56,258 nt of DNA from Octopus bimaculoides (taxonomy: Eukaryota): the NCBI RefSeq assembly GCF_001194135.2, contig NC_069002.1:24470076-24526333 (forward strand), in the 5' to 3' direction. This document shows, in pieces, positions 11,020 to 21,604 of the stretch (positions are counted from its first letter, which is position 1; each line of letters begins with the position of its first letter). Both the position numbers and the translations under genes were made by a program. The notes under the pieces were generated by a model. That model searched no databases, was not told the origin of the DNA, and worked only from the letters and a program-made list of their open reading frames with translations.

Positions 11020-11525
11020 CTTTTATTTGCTTCAGCCGTTTCACCGCGGCCATAATGGAGCACCGTCTTGGTCTGTTTTAGTCGAACAAATCGATTCTGG
11101 GACTTACTTTTTAAAGCCTGGTACTTATTCTACCGGTCTCTTTTGCCGAACAACTAAGTTACGGGGACGTAAACACACCACCGCCGATTGTTAAGTGGTG
11201 TTGGTGACGAACACAGAAACAGAGACATACACTCATAGATATATACATTCGCCATGATTGGTCGCTAGCCACTAAACCTTTGTTTATTTTCTCTCTCTTT
11301 TTATTTTCTCTCTCTGCTTATTTCTGTGTTCCTTTCTGGTGAAGAGCGTAGGCTCGAAACGTAAAAGACTTTCTCACTTCCCGAACGTTAAACTAATACA
11401 TCAGTTTGTTGTTTACACACCTGTCTACGTCTTTTGTTTTTTTGTTTTTTTGAAATTCCAACTANNNNNNNNNNNNNNNNNNNNNNNNNNNNNNNNNNNN
11501 NNNNNNNNNNNNNNNNNNNNNNNNN

Positions 11526-11597
<72 letters not shown>

Positions 11598-11745
11598 ATA
11601 CGATGGTCTTCTTTCACTTTCCGTCTACTAAATCCACTCACAAGGTTTTGGTCGGTCTGAGGCTATAGTAGAAAACACTTGCCTAAGATGTGATGCAACG
11701 GAGCTGAATCCGGAATGATGTGGTTGAGAAGCAAGTCTGTACCAT
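11020..11745 (-). mobile_element. SINE family A copy split by an insertion in its internal microsatellite
   Basis: 3' half at 11020-11230 and 5' half at 11598-11745 (CCACTCACAAGGTTTTGGTCGG..GGCTATAGTAGAAAACACTTGCCTAAG), with foreign sequence and a gap between. Confidence 0.85.
11332..11367 (+). ncRNA. minimal hammerhead-like motif (variant core) in a PLE-type fragment (11250-11460)
   Basis: CUUU-CUGGUGA-A-GAGC(GUAG)GCUC-GAAA-C-GUA-AAAG: stem I CUUU/AAAG, stem II GAGC/GCUC; core has G in place of A6. Confidence 0.55.
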
Positions 11746-11799
11746 TGTTGAAGAACGCCAACACAGTATCTTATCAGGTACATCTGACGTGGATTAATT

Positions 11800-12220
11800 A
11801 TTGATTACAAATTTTGGTGAAAAGCCTGCAATATGTTTTTGGTGGGGTTGAGTGGAATCGATTGTAACTGGTAGTTATTTTATCGACCTCGAAAGATGAA
11901 AGGCAAAATCGACCTTGGTGGGATTTGAACCCAGAACACAAAAACAGATTAAACACCGCTAAGCTCGCCACCTTATACGTGTATTAGCTATTAGCCTCTA
12001 ATGAAGAGAGTATTACCCGAATCGATAGGACGTCGGTGGCGGGGATGTCTTGCGCTTCTGGCTCTTTAAATTTTAATTTGAAATCCCGCTGAGGTCAACT
12101 TCGTCTTCCATCATTTCGAGATTGATATAATAAGATTACCACTCAATTCCTGGGGTCGATAGTATCGATCGTCACACAATCGTTCATAATTACTGGCCTG
12201 GTTCCTAAATCAGAAACCGT
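11800..12220. mobile_element. two SINE family B copies (11800-11972 minus; 12036-12220 plus), diverged
   Basis: GATGAAAGGCAAAATCGACCTTGGTGGGATTTGAACCCAGAAC and GCTGAGGTCAACTTCGTCTTCCATCATTTCGAG motifs. Confidence 0.75.
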
Positions 12221-12269
12221 ATATTGATCTTTCTTGAGTAGACAGGACATCGCATTTGACATGAGTTAA

Positions 12270-12600
12270 TTATTAGCCTCCGATGATTATTAACCAACGA
12301 TTCTACTCAGAAACTGAGAGACATCCTGTAACTTGTATGATTCAGGAACGACAACTCAGACTGCTTGGCCATGCTGCTCAATTTTCCGCGTCAGAGCCTG
12401 CTTGCCGTGGTCTCTTTACTGAAGATATGGCTGAGTTGACATGGCATACAGTCACGACAGATATGAAAATATCTGGCGGAAATGGAGACTGACTGGAACC
12501 CAGCACGACAGGTCACCCAAGAGGACCCAGGATACGCAAATAAATCGTGAATGTTGCCATGCGCTGCAATGGTGCATACCCCAACACCTGATCCGACCGT
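12270..12600 (+). mobile_element. RTE-clade LINE 3' fragment
   Basis: NQRFYSETERHPVTCMIQERQLRLLGHAAQ resembles the post-RT N..L...T...i...I..RQLR..GH.ar motif of RTE ORFs. Confidence 0.7.
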
Positions 12601-12721
12601 ATGAGAGGATGTTTTGTCGGAATAGTACGAGAGTCGGTGGGTGATGTCTTGAAATATTTCCTCCAACTCTTTAAGTTCTGAGTTCATATCCCGCAGATGT
12701 CAACTTCATTCTTTGGACATT

Positions 12722-12865
12722 ATTTACATTATTTACATTTGATGGATATGTGTCCTCATCTTGTTTGTTGTTAACACAACGTTTCGGCTGATATACTCTC
12801 TAGCCTTCATCAGGTGTCTTAGGGAAATTTCGAACCTGGGTTCTCATTCGTAAGGTATTTTTCGA

Positions 12866-12901
<36 letters not shown>

Positions 12902-13044
12902 AGTCACTGCCTGGAATCGAACTCGGGATCTTGGGATAAGTAGCCCGCGCTCTTAACCACTACGCCATATGCCCGTGGGCATATGGCGTAGTTGTGTTAA
13001 CAACAAACAAGATGAAGACAAATAACCGTCAAATGTAAATAATG
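12722..13044 (-). mobile_element. tRNA-headed, hammerhead-containing SINE-like element with inverted head+tail partner
   Basis: Minus strand: GGGCATATGGCGTAGTGG (A-box), GAGTTCGATTCC (B-box), (AAT)n, hammerhead, ~55-nt tail; 16-bp perfect hairpin arms 12959-12974/12977-12992; tail repeated in inverted orientation at 12991-13044. Confidence 0.8.
12773..12818 (-). ncRNA. minimal type I hammerhead ribozyme
   Basis: GACAC-CUGAUGA-A-GGCU(12 nt loop)AGCC-GAAA-C-GUU^GUGUU: intact core, stem I GACAC/GUGUU, stem II GGCU/AGCC, palindromic AACGUU stem III as in PLE minimal hammerheads. Confidence 0.75.
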
Positions 13045-13254
13045 AAAATCATGTACACAGTTCTTCAACTCTTAAATATAGAACTGTTTCATTCTTTGGA
13101 GTTGAATCAAATTAAACACCAGTCATATATTGGGGACAAGCCTAAGCCTACCTTTTCCAAAATCACTCCCCTTGAGCTAATATTAAAAACAAATATTAGC
13201 GCTGTTCTAGGACTTAAAATATCAACTCCAGAATAATGAAAATGTGAAGTGAAT

Positions 13255-13401
13255 GTTATCTGGTACTTATTTTATTGACTCCGAAAGGATGAAAGGCAAA
13301 GTCAACCTCGACAGAATTTGAACTCAGAACGTAAAGATGGATGAGCTGTAATCGACTTGCCCCACCCCGGACATTACTGGCTTTGTGCCAAAATTTGAAA
13401 C
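13255..13401. mobile_element. SINE family B copy with inverted 5' segment
   Basis: 13255-13343 is the SINE middle on the minus strand; 13347-13401 is the adjoining 3' tail on the plus strand. Confidence 0.75.
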
Positions 13402-13589
13402 TAATTTAATATAGTTAATAAACCCGAATATGTCGGATATGAACTCTAACTGAAATATATGGTCATTCCTGTTATTATAACTGTTTATCCCTCATTATTC
13501 CCAATCATTCTAGATGTTTACCATCATATAAATAGCATTCTCTCGTCTTGTGAGATATTGTAACAATGTACATTAATTTAAACGACACA

Positions 13590-13850
13590 TTGCGTAGGTC
13601 TGTCTGCCATCAACCCCAGGACAGATTTTCATGGCGCTTAAGTGACTGAAATTACAAGCCTAACCATCCCCACCTAAACAGGACGCCGATGCATCTCACA
13701 GTTAACTCCTCGCCTATTGCAGGAACATATTTGCAGCTGAGTGAACTGGAACAACATGAGATGAAGTATTTTACTCAAGAACACAATGCACCGCCCGATC
13801 CGCGAATCGAAATCACGACCTTAGAATTGCGAGTGCATGACTCTAAGCCT
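13590..13850 (-). mobile_element. tRNA-SINE family D
   Basis: TTACTCAAGAACACAATGCACCGCCCGATCCGCGAATCGAAATCACGACC; same motif at 15300 and 26990, and reverse-complemented at 25100. Confidence 0.8.
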
Positions 13851-14074
13851 CGCATCTTCCTAAAAAAAAAGCATCTAATTTAGAAAATTCTATTATATCT
13901 TGTTCCTTATTACGTAGGATAATGTCTTTTAAGAACAGTGGATATTTTCCTTCAAAAAACCAATTTCTATTCTGTAAAGAGCCACAGGATATTCATTTAG
14001 TTGATGTGAGATGTGATTGCTTTCTCTTTGTTACAATTAATTGATTGATTCAGATCTTTTAATCTTTATATAAT

Positions 14075-14395
14075 GAAGTTGTCTACTATAAGCACAAGGC
14101 TCTAAATAAAATGGATCACTTCGACTCTTGTGCTCAACTGGTACTTTATCGACCCTCGGCGTTTCCTGAACCCAGAACGTAAAGACGGACTAAATTTCGC
14201 TAACCATTTTGTCCAGCGTGTCAACGATTCTGCCGGCTCACCGCCTTAAACCTTTAGATAATAATGGCTTAAAATTTTGGGGTCACAGCCAAGAATTCTG
14301 AGGGAACGGTTAAGTCGATTAATCGACCTCAGTAATTTACTGGTAATTTCTTTTATTGGCGCCGAAAGGATGAAAGGCAAAGACGTCCACAGTTT
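14075..14395 (-). mobile_element. two SINE family B copies (14075-14250, 14265-14395)
   Basis: GATTCTGCCGGCTCACCGCCTTA head and GAAAGGATGAAAGGCAAAG core. Confidence 0.75.
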
Positions 14396-15214
14396 ATCGC
14401 AGCTCACCTCCATATATATATATATATATATATANNNNNNNNNNNNNNNNNNNNNNNNNNNNNNNNNNNNNNNNNNNNNNNNNNNNNNNNNNNNNNNNNN
14501 NNNNNNNNNNNNNNNNNNNNNNNNNNNNNNNNNNNNNNNNNNNNNNNNNNNNNNNNNNNNNNNNNNNNNNNNNNNNNTGTGTGTGTGTGTGTAAGTGTGA
14601 AATTTGCTTTATTTTACTTTAATGTAATAAATATTTTTGTTTTGACAATTATTATTCATTTCATCATTGTGTAAAAGCACAAGAAATATTTAAAAGTTAA
14701 ACTATACTGATCGTGTATATGCCATATATTCTAACATTACCGATGTTGGCAAATGTATACTTCTAAAGATACGCTTCATACTACGGATAACACACGTATA
14801 TAAAATATTTATACCTAAAGAACGGTGAGCCTGATTTAAACGTTTGAGCGCGAGATTAAGTTTCGTATATGAATTCTTATTTCTCTTAATTCTTTATCAA
14901 CGGTTCAACACAGCTGACTATGTCTTTCATCTCAAGTAATTAATTAAGTAGCTATTGATAATAATCTCTGTGTTATTCAATTAACTATATTCCTCTATAA
15001 AATTATGGTTTTGCGCAATTGTAAGAGAAATAATCAATATTTGTTTCTCTCGATACAAGACAATTCGAAATGCAAACAAATTTTTGAGGCTTCACTTGAT
15101 AACCTTTCATTTTCCCCTTGTGCTGTTAATGCCTCTTGAAGAAAGTAATGTTTCGAGTCCCACGACTCATACGTTCGGTTGCTCGGTTTCGGTGAAGTAT
15201 AGGTGAACGAGATC

Positions 15215-15395
15215 ACATTTTCCCTGAGCGGTGCGCCAGTCTGTTGCAGAATTAATCCTTTAACAGCTATGGAGACTGAAGCAAAGTGAAATGAAATGCT
15301 TTGCTCAAGAACACAACGTCCTTTTTGGTCTGGGAATGGAAATCACGACCGCGATATCGTTGGCGTAACTGCCTAACCACTAGGTCACGTGCCTT
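15215..15395 (-). mobile_element. tRNA-SINE family D
   Basis: TTTGCTCAAGAACACAAC..GGGAATGGAAATCACGACC..CCTAACCACTAGGTCACG. Confidence 0.8.
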
Positions 15396-15613
15396 CACAG
15401 TGCTGTGTCTTGAACGACAAGAATAATACAAGTTCTGCAATTTTTCTTCTCATAAGTTTTGAATTTGTAATTATTTGTCAGTAAGACGTGCAGCTTGTCT
15501 ATAAAAAGCATTTTCTTTTCCTCAAAATAAAAAAAAAAGAGATCATGTCTGTAACCCGTGGGTACTCCAACTAAATCGTATTGAATGGGATTTTTTAATC
15601 TTATACCGTATGG

Positions 15614-15675
<62 letters not shown>

Positions 15676-15694
15676 TGTATGTATATATACATAT

Positions 15695-16087
15695 TCCTTT
15701 ACTTGTTTCAATCACTGCCATAAAAGTTTAGTCAGTTAAATTGACTCCAGTACTTACTTTTTAAACATGGTATTGGAAACGTTGTTTCTTTTGCCGAACT
15801 ACTATGTTGCAGGGATGTAAACAAACCAATAGCGGTTGTCAAGCAGGAAAACCAAAAATATATGCACACACACTCAAACGTACACATAAACACGCACATA
15901 CACACCCACATATATATATGGGGGGGGGGGGCAGGTGCTTCCACACAGTTTCTGTTGACTTAATTCACTCTAAAGGTAATGGTCGACTCGCGGGTATTGC
16001 AAAAGATACACGGCGAAAGTGCCACGTGATGGCACTGAACCCTAAACCACCAGCTGTGAAGCAAAATTCCAACTTACACAGTCATGG
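15695..16087 (-). mobile_element. SINE family A, diverged
   Basis: TTTACTTGTTTCAATCA 3' end, GTAAACAAACCAAT.GCGGTTGTCAAGC body, internal (CA)n, head ..CACTGAACCC. Confidence 0.75.
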
Positions 16088-16552
16088 AATTACCTGTACG
16101 TATGTTAAGTTTCATGTGATTAATCTTGCGATAAACATATATTTGTGCAATATTTTATACAATAAGTTTACTTGTGCAGAGTTTGACGTGATCCCGATAT
16201 TGTCAAGCTTCAAAGGAAGGCTTAGAAATGGAGGGATTTATTTCAATAACAACAGCAACAATACACTCTTACCATTTACGCTCATTGCCTTATTCTTTGA
16301 CTATCGTAATATTACACTGGTGCATTGTATTAGGTCATTGCAGTGCAGTAGATATATGGAGCTGATGAAGGTAAAAACGAGGACGAGCTGCAGATATCGA
16401 AATACTAAGGTATTTTGTTTCGTTTTCGCAGCAGATTTATAACTTCTAATGTCTATTTGTTTATAGTTTCTGAAGAAACAGTTCATCCAAAACGGCCCTA
16501 TAGCTTTGGTTTTCCCATTAAAAAGTACACTACGTCTTTGGCTAACCAGTCG

Positions 16553-16700
16553 TAACCGCCCATTAAAACTGTTCTGCTTATGTCCTAACAGCCCATTAAA
16601 ACCACTCTGCATCTGTCTTAGCAGGCCATTAAAATCGCTCTAAATTTGTCCTAACAGTCCATTAAAAGTGCTCTGTGTCTGTCTTAACAGCCCCTTAACG
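16553..16700. repeat. 33-bp minisatellite, ~4.5 copies
   Basis: Units start at 16553, 16586, 16619, 16652, 16685; consensus TAACAGCCCATTAAAA...CTCTG..T.TGTC(C/T). Confidence 0.9.
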
Positions 16701-17169
16701 CTCCCTTCTTCAAAAACTCCTCTATAACTTGGCTCGTCAGTTTTAACAAAATTAATGCAACTGAATATGGTTTTTCGTTTCAATCATTACTTCATGCAGC
16801 CAATTCTATGTTAATATTTCCACTGTAAATATAATTTATGAACGAAATTGCTTATTAAAATGGATATGATCCAGTCAATTAATTTAGAAGACAAATATAT
16901 TTTAAAGATTCTTATCTCACATTTAATCTAAAACAAAACTCTTGTAACAGAATTTAGATATGCAAAACTTTCTCAAAATTACCATCTTAAAAAAGGAAAT
17001 AAATACACTCAGATGATTCTTCATGTTCTTTTGAATACAAATTCTTCGAAATTATAAATTATTAATGAAGCTATTGTTGCTTACGTTGTAAGCAGATGTT
17101 CGGGAATTATCTGTCAAAAGTAATCGAGACAAACGTTTGTGCGAATACCGAAAATTTGTTACAGGAGAG

Positions 17170-17184
17170 CACACATACACACGT

Positions 17185-17263
<79 letters not shown>

Positions 17264-17346
17264 TATAGATTCACACATTCACACACAGATATACATATAT
17301 ATATTATATATATATATATATATAAACATATGTATATATACATATG

Positions 17347-17380
<34 letters not shown>

Positions 17381-17630
17381 CATATATATATAGACATATA
17401 AACATATGTATAACTATATACTCACACAGCCATATCTGTATGTATACATAAATATGTGTGTGTATGTGCGTGTGCGTGCATGTATATTCAGTAATACACG
17501 TGTGTGTGTATGTATGCACATATATATATATACATATATATATATATATGTATGTATGTATATATATGTTTATATATAGATATATATATAGAGAGAGACA
17601 GAGAGAGGGAAAAAAGAGATAAAGAGAGAC
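17170..17630. repeat. compound (CA)n/(TA)n/(GA)n microsatellite block
   Basis: Direct reading of the sequence. Confidence 0.95.
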
Positions 17631-18065
17631 AGATAGTGTTGCAAATAAACGCACTCATGTTTAATATATACAATATACATGCATAAATGAACGCGTAATT
17701 ATATATAGGGATATATACATAGAGAGAAAAACCAAACAACAGAAAATATTCAAAAGATAATCATTCATGTATAATAATATATATATATTCATATATTTAC
17801 AAAACAATTTTTCATAGAGTAAATTTGTTACGTATCTGTATATGTGTTTACAAATGTATGTGTATGGATTTATATCTTGTTTCTCAACTCCAAGCGCGTT
17901 TGTGTGCAACGCTAGTTCAATATCAGCTCACCTGGATTCTCTTTTTGCCTATTCTTTACCCAGTGGTCATAATCTTCAATAAAAGTTCGGATTTTAGTTC
18001 AAATCATTTGAGCACTAGTAGGTGTTTTCTATATTGAACATATCTGGAGCTCACTCATTGACTAA

Positions 18066-18096
<31 letters not shown>

Positions 18097-18153
18097 CGTT
18101 TTTGGATTTGGTTTGCAAGATTTTTTATGTGATTTCGTGTGTTGAAGCATATT

Positions 18154-18237
18154 CTGTTGTGTCTGGAGAGAGTCATTTTCTTATCGTGTCTTTGGATTTG
18201 GGCACGATAAGAAAATGACTATCCCCAGAAACAACAG
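18154..18237. repeat. 37-bp-arm imperfect inverted repeat (hairpin)
   Basis: CTGTTGTGTCTGGAGAGAGTCATTTTCTTATCGTGTC vs GGCACGATAAGAAAATGACTATCCCCAGAAACAACAG with a 10-nt loop. Confidence 0.9.
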
Positions 18238-18620
18238 TATATATATATTTTGTCCTTTCTTACAAAAAATATAGAACTGTTTAAGAATTACTCGCGTCGA
18301 ACCTGAGACAAAAGATAACAATTAAAATAATAAACTCAAATTAGACAATCATACTCATACAGTTATAAATTCGACTAAAAATGCGTATATTAATACATGT
18401 CGACACATGAATATTATTTAAAATATTTATAAAATTTATATATATTTATATAGAAATATACATAAAAAGACGTGTGTATAAAACCCATGTGTGATACGTA
18501 TGGAAGGAAGTGTGAGAGAAAGAGGTCTGATAAAACAATTTTTATACCAAAATTAAGAGCTGTTAAGAATTTCAATTAAAAGGTCTATAGAGTTCGGTGT
18601 GTTTTGAAAAATAAATAAAT

Positions 18621-19068
18621 GGCGCAGAAGCGGCTGTATGGTAAATAGCTTGCTTACCAACCACATGGTTCCAGGTTCAGTCCCATGCGTGACATCTTGG
18701 GCAAGTGTCTTCTATTATAGCCTCGGGCCGACCAAAGCCTTGTGAGTGGATTTGGTAGACGGAAACTGAAAGAAGCCCGCCGTATATATGTATATGTATA
18801 TATATATGTGTGTGTGTGTGTATGTGTGTGTGTGTGTGTCTTTGTGTGTCTTTGTTTGTCTCCTCAACATCTCTTGACAACCGATACTGGTGTGTTTACG
18901 TTCCCGTAACTTAGCGGTTCGGCACAAGTGACCGATAGAAGAAATACTAGGCTTACAAAGAAAAAGTCCTGGGGTCGATTGGCTCGACTAAAGGTGGTGC
19001 TCCAGCATTGCCGCAGTCAAATGACTGAAACAAGTAAAAGAGTAAAAGAGTAAGAGAGAGTAAAGAGT
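18621..19068 (+). mobile_element. SINE family A, full length (tRNA head, CORE-like box, internal microsatellite)
   Basis: A-box-like CGGCTGTATGG (18631), B-box GGTTCAGTCCC (18674), CATCTTGGGCAAGTG resembling the MIR/CORE ACCTTGGGCAAGT, internal (TA)(TG)n, (GAGTAAAA)n tail. Confidence 0.93.
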
Positions 19069-19108
19069 AGGTATATAAGGTATATATAATACAGCTCGAG
19101 GAAGTCCA

Positions 19109-19148
19109 CTATCTACGGCCGTTTCCAGAGTTCATGTCTTGTTAGGAA
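19109..19148 (-). ncRNA. decayed hammerhead-like motif in a probable PLE pLTR remnant
   Basis: Minus strand CUAACAA..GAAAC-GGCC-GUA-GAUA: palindromic ACGGCCGU stem III intact; core has two G>A changes relative to CUGACGA. Confidence 0.35.
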
Positions 19149-19282
19149 AATTAATAAAAAATCTTACAAACCATGCGAACCATGTCTCCTTCATTCATGT
19201 CTTCTTTATCCTCATAAAACCACATTCATGACACTTATATCTGTTTGTGTATGATTGCTTAATTCGAGTTTATATCTTAAGT

Positions 19283-19324
<42 letters not shown>

Positions 19325-20630
19325 AGAAGTAATTAAGATTCAGTTGAATTAGCTACTTAAGTTAAAGCACCAAGTGTGTCCGGTGTTATCTGCACAGCTC
19401 GAAGTAAAATGAATAAAATCGAAATAAGTAACGGGATGTCAAGTGGTAATGCCGTTCGACCGTTTAATCTAAAACGCAGTTTACAGATGTACAATTGTGA
19501 CTGAAACTGGCAGTTTATCTACATAGGGTGTTCGAAAAATATGAAAAAAACGTATTACTAACCATCTTTCATCGTTTAGACTCAGACATAAAGCTAATAG
19601 TCTGCTTTATCTAGTAAAATCTGGGGACTTAAGGAAAGTGGGCCTAGATTTAGCCTTACATGGGATATAAATACGAAGGGCGTAGCCTTAGTGAGAAACT
19701 AGATATAGATGTGAGCTTTGCTCTATGGAAATTTGAGATTTTTAAGTACAGAGACAAGAAGAACCTTAATAATAGATTAGACTTAAGGGTATTATGTGTG
19801 TAGCATCACTCGCACATTTAGATATTTTCAATACTAATAGTATTATATTTATCATACTTAGGATTTGGTGGCTAAATTAACTTCAGACCACATACCATTT
19901 ACAACTTACCATCTAATATAAGATATTATATTATAGAGTATAATATGTTACAGTATATATATTATATGTTATGTAATATGTTATGTGATATATTATATGT
20001 AATATTACCCTATGGTGACCCCTGTCTAGTTAGTCTGACTTCATCCTATTTAGTGATTACACTATTCTCTCCTATGAATTTCTGTCATATTAAGTATATT
20101 TATAATGCTTTTGAGATAGTAAGTCTCCTTTGACTAAATCTTATACCCCTTAAGACCTATACAATCATACATACAATAGAACCAGTAACATCATAACTTG
20201 TAAAACCACTTCTGTATTTATACCTTAAACTGTCCTCGTTATTTCCATACGAATTGCCCTTTTTAGGTTACCTTTATCTTTTCCTGCTTTTAATTTTAAT
20301 CCCCTCTCTTTATATATATTTCTTATTATTTTCTATAAATTCTAACTATTTTTATTTTTTATTTTCGTATGTTTACCTTATTAATCTCTTATTCTTTATA
20401 TTTTACCTTTATATTGTTAAATTTTGTATGGTATTAAATTTTATATTTTTGCATTCCTATTTACCTTCGCATATATTGGTATAGCATTCTATGAATCGTG
20501 GAGTATATTGTATCTCCTCTCCGCATGTATGCAGGTTAAGATGTGGCTCAATATGGTTCTTAAACTGACATTTTTAGGTAAGTTAACTTATAATTACACC
20601 ATATAATTATACTATATTCTTTATATAAGC

Positions 20631-20690
<60 letters not shown>

Positions 20691-20985
20691 TTATATTTAT
20701 ATATATATATATATATCCTTTTTTGTATATGTATGCAATATTCTTATACTATTACACCTACTTATATCAGTACACACTTTTATGTATATAGAGAGAGTTC
20801 AAATTTATAGAAGAACAAAGACGAATAAAGGTGTAGCAACAACAAGCAAGTGTATTAATTTGACGACCAGGAAAAATGGAAGTCTATGGTCTTTCACTGA
20901 AACGAATAAGAGGGAAGAAATCGAGAGAGAATGAAAAATAACGTGTTGAGTTCAGTGGTCCAACATGGCAATGGTTGGAAACAAA

Positions 20986-21070
20986 GAGGTTGAATAAAAG
21001 GGAGATAATAATGAAGAGAGGTTGAATGAAAGCGAAATAATAATAAGGTGAGGTTGAATGAAGAGATAAT
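20986..21070. repeat. ~32-bp minisatellite, ~2.6 copies
   Basis: GAGGTTGAAT(A/G)AA.. recurs at ~32-nt spacing. Confidence 0.75.
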
Positions 21071-21282
21071 TCATGACGTTCTCAACAAGAAGAGGTGCGT
21101 AAGCGAGTGTGTATATGTGTGAATGGTGTGTGTTAGTGTGTGTGTATGTATGAATGGGGCGAGTGTGTTTGACGTGTGTGTGCCTGCGTGTGTAACGTAT
21201 GTATTTGTGTGTGTGTCACTGTGACCAAATATATATATATTGTTATATTTCGTGATGTTCATTTTTTTGCCTTCAAGTAGGT

Positions 21283-21604
21283 GTAATTTTCGATGATTTT
21301 GGGGTTATGGGTGGAGACACCACAATTAAACAAAACCTCCCCTTACTCACCACAGACCCGAAAATGAACAATATCATTAATATACACAAAGTCCTTAAAT
21401 GCAAAAGGCAACACAAATCTTTGAAAACATTATTAACCAATTCCAAACTACATACACCACTTCCACCTCCATCAGTTAAAAAATGTGCACGCCCTAATTG
21501 TGGCACCTGCCCCTACCTACTTGAAGGCTCTGAATTTACCTTCAAACGAGGAACAAAGTTTAAAATTAAACCCAATTTCTCTTGTTCCTCTGGTAACCTC
21601 ATTT
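21283..21604 (+). mobile_element. Penelope-like element fragment, 5'-truncated with a 36-nt 5' inversion
   Basis: TTIKQNLPLL..KCKRQHKSLKTLLT..PSVKKCARPNCGTCPYLLEGSEFTFKRGTKFKIKPNFSCSSGNLI aligns with the PLE at 6369-7260; runs into a gap. Confidence 0.9.

Noticed and set aside
15146-15178. GAGUC/GACUC hairpin followed by GAAAC on the minus strand
   Set aside because: No recognisable CUGANGA core; at best a decayed relic
16362-16410. CUGAUGA..GAAA hammerhead candidate
   Set aside because: Stem II is weak and stems I and III do not pair
15804-16442. 212-aa ORF
   Set aside because: Crosses a SINE, a microsatellite and a G-run; no domain or compositional coherence
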